A DNA stretch of 64,000 nucleotides, from positions 1 to 64,000 of the IMG/VR virus record IMGVR_UViG_3300032307_000705. One strand, written 5' to 3'. This DNA comes from a virus. A model generated the notes under the pieces. The model did no database searches, was not told the DNA's origin, and was given only the letters and a program-made list of their open reading frames with translations. Of the stretch, positions 9,436 to 19,100 are shown piece by piece. The stretch's first letter is position 1. Every line of letters begins with the position of its first letter. The position numbers and the translations under genes are program-made.

Positions 9436-11718
9436 ATGAAAGGAACCTTATTTTCGGCTGACTTTGTCAAAGACTCAGATGGCAATTTGAGATTGTTAGA
9501 ATTAAACACTGATACAGGATTTATTAAACAAGAATTACAAAATTTCGATTTTTCTCAGTTCGAACAAATGTTAGAGGATAATAATATTTCTGAACTAGAT
9601 ATCATATATAAACCGGATCTCCATGAATATTTTGTAAACCAATTATTATCTTCTCTATCACTTGAAATTCCTGTAAACTTACATAAAGAAGATAATACTA
9701 CAATATATCCAACGCAAGTTACAAATTCTGATAATAGATTTATTTTAAGATTAGCGTATGATGAATCCGCTTTATTTGATAGTGAATATTGTAAAAATAG
9801 ATTGAATGTGTTCAATTTATTTACTGATAATTCCATAAATGATTATTGTGTTGGATATTATCATTCATCATCATCGGGAGTAAAAAATACTCTTACAAAG
9901 GAGATAAATCCAAATAATATACCCGATGCTACTATAAAAGATGTAGATGAATCACACAATCCAATTGATTTCTTCAAAATAGGTTCTCAAAATGAAAATG
10001 AATCAGTCGAAGACCGGTGGAACAACTTTATTAGTGAAAATGATACAGAAGATAAATTGATAGAACAATATCACTTTCACCCATCTAGTGTTGATGTAAA
10101 CAATCACATAACATCATATAGATTTTTTGGAATAGTGTATGGGTCTAATTTGGAAGTAGTAACTTTACACACTTACAAAATTAGTTCAATATTCGATTTA
10201 CCAATTGATTTAACATCTGAAATAGTTGAGAACAACTACACAAACAAAATTCCTGATTTCCATTACTACGAGTTTGCAACTAACTTATTCAGGGGTGATT
10301 CTTCAGGAATATTATCAACTCATGAAATTTTAACTGACGAAAACACTTATAAACCGATATCAGAATTTGTTGTCGGAGATTATGTGAAATCGTACTATGT
10401 ATCTCGTTCTCTTGAAGACAAGTTGAATCTTGATTTTACTTTTCCAACTGACACACCACCAAATGGATCATATCTTACATCATCGGTTGTCGTTTATAAA
10501 GCAATCGAAAATTTAACATATAATAGTATGTTCGAATTAAAAGTAGATAATGATTCTTTTTTCTGTGGAGTGAATAAACCATTTTTGGTTTTTGATTCTG
10601 ATTCTAATACTAGCTCATTTAAGCAAGTACATAAAATAAAACCAGGAATAGATTATCTATACGATATTGATAGTAATATGGTTGGCATAGATGAATTGAA
10701 TTTCTATGTGTCCACCGACAATAATTTAAGTTATATCGAACTGGATGTTGAAGATACCGATACCTATATTATAAATGGATCTACCTCAATCCATTCGATA
10801 GTTTCTCATAATTCTCCTTGTTTTGTTGCGGGTACACAAATTTTGTTAGAAAATGGACTTACAAAAAATATTGAAGATGTAGTTGTAGGTGAATATGTAA
10901 TGTCATTTGATTTGAAAAATAACGAATCGAAAGTTAGTAAAGTTCTAAATATTTTTTCTAAAAAAATCGACAAGATTGTTGAATATGAATTTTCGGATGG
11001 AAGTACTTTGAAAGCAACATTAGATCATCCAATTTATGTTATAGATAAAGGATGGGTCAACTATTTAGGTGAACCAGAACAATATAATAATATTTCATTT
11101 GACGGAATCAAACCGGCCAAAAAACTGGAAGTAGAAAAAATACAAATCGGTGATAGTGTAAAATTACATAATGGAGATATTAAATTGATTAATATGAATG
11201 TAATAGAAGAATCCACAATCGTATATAATTTATCAGAAATTGAAAAATACCATACATATTTTGCTAATAATGTATTAGTTCATAATTTTAGACCAGTTCT
11301 TATCTGTTTTACGGCTGAAACTAAAGTGAAAATGGAAGATGGTAGTTTCAAAAAAATTGTTGATATCGAAATCGGAGATTATGTTTTAAGTTACAAGGAT
11401 GGTAAATACGTAAGAGGTGTCGTGACTGATAAATTAATACACCCAATGAATTCAATAATTGAAGTTGTTAAATATAAAGGAATGACCGCCGATAGGTTAC
11501 ATCCATTTTATGATAACGGAGAATGGAAACCAATTTGTGAAGCTAAGGGAGTTGAATTTGATGTTCAATATGTAGATAATTTTTATAATTTAGAAGTAGA
11601 TGGTGATGTTTTATTTGAAAGTGATCATAATTTTATAGTAGAGGATTTTGTGGTTTCTGGTTTAGGAGATAATGAATTACTTAATACAACATTCAAAAGA
11701 CAAGCAGTTTTTCAATAA
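9436..11718 (+). CDS. circularly permuted ATP-grasp-like domain fused to three tandem Hint (intein-like) domains
   Basis: N-terminal ADFVKDSDGNLRLLELNTDTG, later IKD, IEQY, YR; Hint blocks CFVAGT..I....K.IEDV.VG.YV, T.DHP, VYNL..HTYFAN.VLVHN. Confidence 0.75.
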   Translation: MKGTLFSADFVKDSDGNLRLLELNTDTGFIKQELQNFDFSQFEQMLEDNNISELDIIYKPDLHEYFVNQLLSSLSLEIPVNLHKEDNTTIYPTQVTNSDNRFILRLAYDESALFDSEYCKNRLNVFNLFTDNSINDYCVGYYHSSSSGVKNTLTKEINPNNIPDATIKDVDESHNPIDFFKIGSQNENESVEDRWNNFISENDTEDKLIEQYHFHPSSVDVNNHITSYRFFGIVYGSNLEVVTLHTYKISSIFDLPIDLTSEIVENNYTNKIPDFHYYEFATNLFRGDSSGILSTHEILTDENTYKPISEFVVGDYVKSYYVSRSLEDKLNLDFTFPTDTPPNGSYLTSSVVVYKAIENLTYNSMFELKVDNDSFFCGVNKPFLVFDSDSNTSSFKQVHKIKPGIDYLYDIDSNMVGIDELNFYVSTDNNLSYIELDVEDTDTYIINGSTSIHSIVSHNSPCFVAGTQILLENGLTKNIEDVVVGEYVMSFDLKNNESKVSKVLNIFSKKIDKIVEYEFSDGSTLKATLDHPIYVIDKGWVNYLGEPEQYNNISFDGIKPAKKLEVEKIQIGDSVKLHNGDIKLINMNVIEESTIVYNLSEIEKYHTYFANNVLVHNFRPVLICFTAETKVKMEDGSFKKIVDIEIGDYVLSYKDGKYVRGVVTDKLIHPMNSIIEVVKYKGMTADRLHPFYDNGEWKPICEAKGVEFDVQYVDNFYNLEVDGDVLFESDHNFIVEDFVVSGLGDNELLNTTFKRQAVFQ
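10306..10812 (+). other. Hint domain 1 (no N-terminal Cys, intact C-terminal HN, +1 Ser)
   Basis: GILSTHEILT...KPISEFVVGDYVKS aligns with block A with Gly at position 1; ends ELDVEDTDTYII...IVSHN|S. Confidence 0.6.
10819..11286 (+). other. Hint domain 2 (complete: Cys1, TxxH, HN)
   Basis: CFVAGTQI...ATLDHPIY...VYNL.EIEKYHTYFANNVLVHN|F. Confidence 0.85.
11305..11661 (+). other. Hint domain 3 (Cys1 present, terminal HN replaced by SG)
   Basis: CFTAETKV.MEDG..K.I.DI.IGD.V, LHPF, FYNLEV...HNFIVEDFVVSG. Confidence 0.75.
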
Positions 11719-11749
11719 AATTAATTTTAATAAATAAAAATAAATAATT

Positions 11750-11902
11750 ATGGATATAGATAAACACCCACCTCTATATAAAAAAAAGTCAATAAATGAT
11801 GTAAATAATAGAACTACATCTCAACTGACAACTGAACAAAAACAAAGAGTTCAAGTTGTAATCAATAAATTTTTTGAATTATTTATTGCAAAACATTCAT
11901 AA
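11750..11902 (+). CDS. 50-aa hypothetical micro-protein
   Basis: Translated by hand: MDIDKHPPLYKKKSINDVNNRTTSQLTTEQKQRVQVVINKFFELFIAKHS; fills the gap after the Hint gene and has an A-rich leader. Confidence 0.55.
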   Translation: MDIDKHPPLYKKKSINDVNNRTTSQLTTEQKQRVQVVINKFFELFIAKHS

Positions 11903-11936
11903 TAAAATATTAAAATGAAAATCTAATATATAAGTT

Positions 11937-12326
11937 ATGATATATTTTAGATATAGATTTAACACACGAGGTGTTGGGATTGTATCAAATAGTCAAATAG
12001 TGAAAGACACTTATATAGGGAATTGTGCCTCTAAGTTTGAAACTATAACAAAAGAGAACAGAATAATTTATAACGGGTGGATTGAAACGAACCCATTAGG
12101 TAGATACATAAATCATAATAGAACCCCAAATTGTAAAGTAATTTTGGATGGTGATACTGTTAAGTTGTATTCGATGAATAATATTGATATGTGGGAAGAA
12201 CTTACAGTAAATTATTTAGATTTTGCAAATGTAATTGAAATGCCTGAAAATTTGTTAGAAAAATTTGGAATAAGAGATTTCGATTACATTCCTGAGACAA
12301 TAAAAGTAGAAACTAAATTAATATAG
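11937..12326 (+). CDS. SET-domain methyltransferase
   Basis: GVG, GRYINHN..PNC, I...EELTVNY (NHxxxPN and ELxxxY SET motifs). Confidence 0.8.
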   Translation: MIYFRYRFNTRGVGIVSNSQIVKDTYIGNCASKFETITKENRIIYNGWIETNPLGRYINHNRTPNCKVILDGDTVKLYSMNNIDMWEELTVNYLDFANVIEMPENLLEKFGIRDFDYIPETIKVETKLI

Positions 12327-12362
12327 AATTTTTTTGTTTGGAATAGAATATCATATTATTAG

Positions 12363-12884
12363 ATGCAAGCCGTTATTCAAAAAAAATTATTTAATAAAGA
12401 TGAATGTGATTATTTCAAATCATTGTCTGACGATAAATCGTTTCAACGAGAACACAGTAAACTTCTAATTCTATCGGAACATAGAACTTGGACTGAGTCA
12501 GTGATAGATTTGAATTATGATTTATCAAATATAATATTGGAGAAATTAAAAGAATTTGGAATTGTAAGTTTACCCAAATTTTTTGTAATTCTAAAATATA
12601 TTAAGGGCCAAGAATTAAAAAGACATAATGATACTGCCCTACAATATCCAAACAGATATAAAACTTTGATAATACAACTTTCAAATGAAACCGATTATGA
12701 TGGTGGAGAACTATGCATTTTTCAAAATGGTAAAACTACTATCTCATCAAAAGAAATCGGGAATGTTATAATGTTTGATTCGTCTATAGATCATTGCGCT
12801 AATAAAATTAAGGATGGCATACGATATAGTATGGCTTTTTGGCTATCTATAGATAATTTTGGATTAAATAAATCTCTAGTATAA
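12363..12884 (+). CDS. 2OG-Fe(II) oxygenase
   Basis: KY..G..LKRHND, IQLS..DYDGGEL, FDS..DH....I.DG.RYS. Confidence 0.85.
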   Translation: MQAVIQKKLFNKDECDYFKSLSDDKSFQREHSKLLILSEHRTWTESVIDLNYDLSNIILEKLKEFGIVSLPKFFVILKYIKGQELKRHNDTALQYPNRYKTLIIQLSNETDYDGGELCIFQNGKTTISSKEIGNVIMFDSSIDHCANKIKDGIRYSMAFWLSIDNFGLNKSLV

Positions 12885-12939
12885 CATTGAATTCAATTTA
12901 TGTGTATAGTGATAAAGGTTTATTGAACGATGAATCATT

Positions 12940-14007
12940 ATGATTGAAAAATCAAAATATATTTGTGAAGTTCCATTCACATCCTTAGAGATTCATGACC
13001 ATCAAAGATTTTTATGTTGTGCATCTTGGTTAACTAAATTTTTACCTGATGATACTAAACCAAACGAAGCATGGAATTCCGAGGAAGCGAATGACATTCG
13101 AAATAGTATATTAGACGGTTCATATAGGTATTGTGATGATAAACAATGCCCGTTTTTACACCAATTAAATACATTTGGTGATGTTGGTAGAATACAGCCT
13201 ATCTACCATAAAGATAAACTAACCCCCGAGTTAAAATTAAAAATAGAAAAACATAAAGAAGGTAAATTAACATCACCACAGATAGTTCAATTTTCGATGG
13301 ATAGGAGTTGTAACCTTGAGTGTCCCTCATGTAGATTGGAGATGATTATTGCTGATAGCAAAAAAATTAAAAAAGTAAAACAAGATATACAAGATATTGA
13401 AGACTCATTTGGAAGTGAAGTTAATACACTATACATAACGGGTAGTGGAGACCCATTTGTGTCAGTTGGTTTTAGAGATTTTTTAAGAAATTTTGATAAA
13501 TCTAAATGGCCAAAATTGAAAACAATTCACTTACATACTAATGCAACACGTTGGACTAAGGAAATGTGGGAATCGATGCCAAACATACATCAATATGTTA
13601 AAAGTTGTGAAATTAGTGTCGATGCTGGAACTAAAGAAACCTATGAAACAAAAACAAGAATAAACGGTGATTGGGATTTATTAGTAGATAACTTGAAGTT
13701 TATCTCTACAATACCAACTTTAAGGAGTATAAAAACTTCGTTTGTAGTCCAACAAAAAAATTATAAAGAAATGAAGTTATTCTACGATTTAATGTATTCT
13801 ATTTTTGGTGAAAAGGTAAATGTGTTTTTCGGTAAAATAACTAATTGGGGTACATTTAGTGAAGATGATTTTTTATTAGAACAAATTTGGAATGAATCTC
13901 ATCCGGAGTATAACGAATTTATAAAAGAAGTTAATTCTTTCTTGCCAAACAATTATAGTTGGAGTAATTTACAAGAATTTATCACACCTGTTAAAACTTT
14001 AATATGA
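12940..14007 (+). CDS. radical SAM protein with N-terminal SPASM/twitch-like Cys domain
   Basis: CNLECPSC (CxxxCxxC), ITGSGDPF, HTNA, ISVDA; N-terminal C..PF...CC..W...WNS..A..IR...C....CP. Confidence 0.85.
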   Translation: MIEKSKYICEVPFTSLEIHDHQRFLCCASWLTKFLPDDTKPNEAWNSEEANDIRNSILDGSYRYCDDKQCPFLHQLNTFGDVGRIQPIYHKDKLTPELKLKIEKHKEGKLTSPQIVQFSMDRSCNLECPSCRLEMIIADSKKIKKVKQDIQDIEDSFGSEVNTLYITGSGDPFVSVGFRDFLRNFDKSKWPKLKTIHLHTNATRWTKEMWESMPNIHQYVKSCEISVDAGTKETYETKTRINGDWDLLVDNLKFISTIPTLRSIKTSFVVQQKNYKEMKLFYDLMYSIFGEKVNVFFGKITNWGTFSEDDFLLEQIWNESHPEYNEFIKEVNSFLPNNYSWSNLQEFITPVKTLI

Positions 14008-14570
14008 TTATTACAATATTGAGTGAGCCGAGATCTGGAAGTACTAATTTATTATTTTGGTTAGGGCAACATAATGAATGTACCGTACTTCTTGAACCAA
14101 CAACTAATTCTGAATATAAAAAATATTCAGATAAAGAAGTGGTTATAAATGAAATCAATGATTTTAATACGTGGAAATATTTGACAAAACATTTAGTTAT
14201 TAAAGAAATTTGTGAACCAAATAAAAATTATGAAACTATACTCCAACATTCTGATAAAGTTATAATTTTATTTAGAGAAAATTATATTGAACAAAAAGAG
14301 TCTTGGTTAATGTCAATAAACACAAAAAAATGGGGAGGAGAATATTTTTTGGATGAATCGTTATTATTGGATAGTAATGACAATTATTTAATTGAAATCA
14401 AAAAAGAAATCGAGAAATATAAAAATTCAAATAATTTTGTAATTTCTTACGAAGAATTGTATTTCAATAATGGAATTAAAAAATTAATTAATTACATTGG
14501 TATTGAAGAATTAAATGAAAATAAATTTCCTTATGGACAAAAATATCGAAAATACAAGGTAGTGATATAA
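14004..14570 (+). CDS. sulfotransferase-family protein
   Basis: PRSGST 5'-PSB loop, EP, I.L.REN...Q..S, ISYEEL. Confidence 0.7.
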   Translation: MIITILSEPRSGSTNLLFWLGQHNECTVLLEPTTNSEYKKYSDKEVVINEINDFNTWKYLTKHLVIKEICEPNKNYETILQHSDKVIILFRENYIEQKESWLMSINTKKWGGEYFLDESLLLDSNDNYLIEIKKEIEKYKNSNNFVISYEELYFNNGIKKLINYIGIEELNENKFPYGQKYRKYKVVI

Positions 14571-14646
14571 CATAAATCAATAATATGGTGATAAAAAACA
14601 CACATTTTTGGTATTAATCAACTATTATTTAATTGATTTAATTTTT

Positions 14647-15456
14647 ATGAAAAAAACATATTATCCATCTTTGAATACATTAAAATATTGGACTCCTGAA
14701 GGATTTGAAATTTCAAGTTATAAATGGAATTTGTCGGAGAAAGTTAATCAATCGTATGACACATCTGGATCTGATAAAACTAAATTGTGTACCTATACTT
14801 ATAATGAATTGGGATTTAGGGGAGATTCGGTATCAAAGGAAGGGTTCAAAATCATGAGTATTGGAGATTCAAATACAGAAGGTGTCGGGGTTAACAATGA
14901 TGAAACATGGCCGGCACAATTTTCTAAATTAATACCTAACGGAGTGAATCATAACTTTGGTATGGGTGGGAGAAGTAATGATTATATATCAAGATGTTTG
15001 ATAACATATTACGATTTTATCAAACCTGACTTAGTCTTGATTATGTATACGTCACCACAAAGAAGAGAACTTTATACTAAAGACGGTGGATTAGAACCCT
15101 TCATGATAACCTCACAGTGGGGGTATACAGAAGAAACTGAAGAAGGCAGAGAAGTTCAACAAAGTTTAACTACAATACAAAACGACTATGCAGATTTTAT
15201 GAATTGGTATAAGAATCACCTTTTAATAAAATATTTTTTGGAATCCAAGAAGTGTAATTGGTTGTGGAATGGATGGTATGAAGTACCTCTGATATATGAG
15301 GAATTTAATCGGTTTGATGGATTATATGGTAAATTTGTGGATGATGCTGTTGACTTTATTCATCCAGGCCCTTTACACAATAAAATTTATGCTAAAAACT
15401 TGATGGACCACATATACACAAACTTTAGAAGTTATGTACCAAATAATTTGATTTAA
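14647..15456 (+). CDS. SGNH/GDSL hydrolase-family protein (possible acyltransferase)
   Basis: YN.LGFRG, IGDSNTEGVG, NFGMGG.SN, D..HPG; ATG at 14647 preferred over TTG at 14608. Confidence 0.75.
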   Translation: MKKTYYPSLNTLKYWTPEGFEISSYKWNLSEKVNQSYDTSGSDKTKLCTYTYNELGFRGDSVSKEGFKIMSIGDSNTEGVGVNNDETWPAQFSKLIPNGVNHNFGMGGRSNDYISRCLITYYDFIKPDLVLIMYTSPQRRELYTKDGGLEPFMITSQWGYTEETEEGREVQQSLTTIQNDYADFMNWYKNHLLIKYFLESKKCNWLWNGWYEVPLIYEEFNRFDGLYGKFVDDAVDFIHPGPLHNKIYAKNLMDHIYTNFRSYVPNNLI

Positions 15457-16127
15457 TTTCTATTATCAATATATATCATAATTTCGTTATAATAAGGAAT
15501 AAAGTTTTCATTCCATATTGACCAAGTAATATCAATTCCATCAAAAGAATAAACTTTGAAATTAGGGAAAAATCTTAAATAAACATCTCTGAATATTCTG
15601 AACTTTTCTTTCATCCATCCTTCTCTTAAATGCCATTCACCTGAAATTTTTCTCACATTATTTTTAATCCAAAATAAATTTTCCAATGTGAAAATATCGT
15701 ATTCACCAGTTTCACAGTCAGTTTTCAAGAAATCAATTTTTTTGATGTTGTAATCTTTGATTACCTTATTGAATGTAGTTGAATAGAGTTTATGGCCACC
15801 TGAAACATCAAATACTTCAGAAAATTCAAATTCTCCGATAGCGTTGGTTATGCCTTTATTAATATGAGTAACATTTCCATGTCTTGTATTCAAAACTAAT
15901 GTTTTGAATTCTTCGAAACTTGGTTCAAAGGCAAAAACCTGTGAAGGATTTTTGTGTAAGATAGAATAGGTGAATGGGCCAAGACTAGCTCCAATATCAA
16001 ACACTACATCTCCCTCCTCGACTTCGAAGAATCTTTCATAAATTTTATCCACGAAAATTTCTTTTTCGACGGTTTCTCGGAATCCTTCATAACATTTAGG
16101 TTCCCAAACAAAGTTTTCTAAGTTCAT
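15453..16127 (-). CDS. FkbM-family methyltransferase
   Basis: VFDIGASLGPF, AFEP, IDFLKTDCE.GEY; ATGA overlap with the upstream gene stop. Confidence 0.85.
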   Translation of the reverse strand: MNLENFVWEPKCYEGFRETVEKEIFVDKIYERFFEVEEGDVVFDIGASLGPFTYSILHKNPSQVFAFEPSFEEFKTLVLNTRHGNVTHINKGITNAIGEFEFSEVFDVSGGHKLYSTTFNKVIKDYNIKKIDFLKTDCETGEYDIFTLENLFWIKNNVRKISGEWHLREGWMKEKFRIFRDVYLRFFPNFKVYSFDGIDITWSIWNENFIPYYNEIMIYIDNRN

Positions 16128-19100
16128 TTTAATAAGTGTTGTATTTGATTTATTACCATTTCTGGTGTTATTGATGTATGACATTCAAATTGTCGGTTTG
16201 TTCCTTTGTGGACTGGACACCAATTCCAGTCTCCTTTATCGAATTTATATATAGGACTATTCCAACACCCGTTGCAAACATTTGGATTTGTAATTCTTGT
16301 ACAGTTAGAGGTAAATTCGTGGTCAGGTTCTGTGAAATTACTAATCATTACAACGTGTTTACCCATTGCCCAAGATAACCAAGATAGTCCACTTGATAAA
16401 CCAATAAAGAATTCACTGTGATGGATTACATTCATTGTATAATCCATCGCAATGTCTTTTATTTTTTCACAGTTGTCGAATCGATTATCTTCTTTAGATA
16501 CATTGATAACTTTATATCCGAGAGAATGAAGATAATTTATAAGACCTTGCCATCCCTCTTTTGTCCAAAACTTACACCCTGCGGTTGAGTTGGTTGCAAT
16601 TGTTACATATTTCTCTTCATAAGGTCTTTCAATAATTTTATAAGAGATTCTTGGTTTAATCTCTTTATATGGTAACCCCAATATGTTTGTCGCAGCTTGT
16701 TGTAAAGGGATTGTGTTTGGGGTAATGGGTTCTTTTTTGATATCATAGTACCATCCAATATTGTATTGACCAAATATATTATAAACAACACTTCCTGGTT
16801 CAACAAATTCTAATTCAGGATACACTTCACGGAATAAATGGTTCCAATATGTTGAAACAACTACCTCGCATTTGTGGGTATTTTTGAATTCTAAAACATA
16901 AGGTATCCATGATATTGTATCCCCCAAAGAACTGCTGTCAAAATTTATAAAAACACGTTTCCCCTCATAATTTAGAGTTTCATCATATATTAAAACCCCA
17001 TCTTCAAGAACTTTTGTATTCCATTTTGTAAAATATTGCCGATTTAATTTAACCCAATGATTTGTTTTTATTTTATTATGATAATGGCAGATATCGAATT
17101 CATCAAAGAATTTTATATCATATTCGCTATTACTTTCTCCGATAATTTCTAAAAATGGTTCATTTATGAAAAATTGTTTAATGTTTACTTTGGTACTATT
17201 TTTAGATTTCTTTCTTGGTTCTTGGGTTAATAAATAATTATAAAGATTATAATGTTTAACGGCAAATTCTTTAGTCATGCCATCTAAAATTTTATAGTCC
17301 CGACTTGATGAGATTAATCTGCGTAATGAATTTACATTTGAGAGTAAATCGTCCGTAAGAGGAGTGATTAAACCGTTGAACATTCCGACATATTGAGGTA
17401 AATCTCTTGCAATTATTTTCAACCCCAACGATGCCGCTTCACGTATCACAAGAGGATTACATTCCCAAGTTGAATTGAACATTAAAATATCTGAAGCTTT
17501 CATAAATGTTTCAACATCGTTTCTTTCTCCCCAAACTTTTACATTAGATGGTAGATTAGCCATTAAAGGCCCCCAATAACTTTCAAAGTTTGATGCTTGA
17601 TTTCCCACGAAATGGAATTCAACATTTGTATTTTCGAAATGTCTAGCAATTTCTATTCCCTCACCTTGATTTTTACCTGATGTCCAAAGTCCAACATTGA
17701 TAATATGTACCTTTGTGATATCTAACTCTAATTCTTCTTGTGCTCTAACTTGGTCTATACGAGTTCTAAATTTATTTTCTATTGGGTATTCAAAAACTTC
17801 TTGGTGAGATGGCATTCCTTTGAATGTCTTTTGTAAATGGTATGGAGTACACAAAGCGTACGCATCTGGATGAAAGTGTTTTGAGGACCCTGGGTCGAAC
17901 CAAATGTTATGGCATGTCTCAACCACTCTCCACGTTCTATCGTTGTCATAGAGGGCATGTTTAAGTTCGTCAGGTACTTTATTGAAAGAATCAAATCCTT
18001 CAATCATTTCATCAACATGTACAATATCTATGAAATGAGTTTTGAGAAGGTCAATCACTTTCATAGAGTTTTCAACCGTATGGTCATCCAAAGTGTTAAT
18101 AGTCCAAAATCTTTCTTCGGGGATTATTTGTTTTATTCTATCTCGTTGAACGGTGTATAGTGTTGAATATTGACAAAACTCAGCGAGAAAAAATTCTACG
18201 TCGGGATAATAGGATGAAATAGATTCGATTCTTTTTAATAAATAAGAGGGCATACCGCCTGTGGAAAGATGAGGAGCTAAATACAAAACCCTAAGTCTTT
18301 TTGGTTCAGATTTTGGAAAATATTCGCAGTCGGAATCGATCCAAGGAGAGTGTTCTAATAGTTGTTCAGCAATTGAAACATCTCCGATTTCAAATTTCAA
18401 TTTTTCTAAATCTTCCAATGCAATTTGATTAGTTAAAATTATAGGGTTATGATATTCTCTTTTTACTGACAAGTGATAATCTACGAATTTGAAGTCACCA
18501 CCTTGGATTAAATCTGATATTGAGACGATATGATTAGGAATACCATATGCATCCGATGCGATTAACCCATGTAAACTTGATGATAATATGTTTTCACATT
18601 CCAAAAGTTCATCTATGAACTCATATATTCCCGAAGTTATATTAATAATTTTAATACCTAAGTTTTCAATATTGTTAATTACCCTCAGTCCTTCTATAGT
18701 TGTGTAATCGGAGTAGTGGGGTATTAACCCATATTTATACTTTTTTTCTATTTTTGGGTTATATATTTTTGGAAAAAGTAATGCTGGATCACCATATATT
18801 TCAGGTACTTCCCACCCTTTTCTCATCAAAACTTCTCTTGTTTGTGGACCCCGAACCGCATATATTTTTTTAGGGATATCTCCGATACTATCATTGTCAA
18901 TACATCCTGTACCCCAGACATAATCATTAGGTTTGGTAAATCTTGTTAAACTACCCGTCCCAATAATTTTTCCATTTTTGAATGGAATTATACCCCGACT
19001 ATCAAAGTGAAAAACATCTTCATCATTTAATTTTTTTCCTGAAAAATGTTCCAAAATGAATTTGGTAATAATGTCTCCCCAATTTTTTGATGGGTCTATG

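Noticed and set aside
10306-11661. Ordinary mobile inteins inserted in a host gene
   Set aside because: No homing endonuclease; Hint2 is followed by Phe, Hint1 lacks Cys1, Hint3 lacks Asn; the exteins between them are only 2 and 6 aa.
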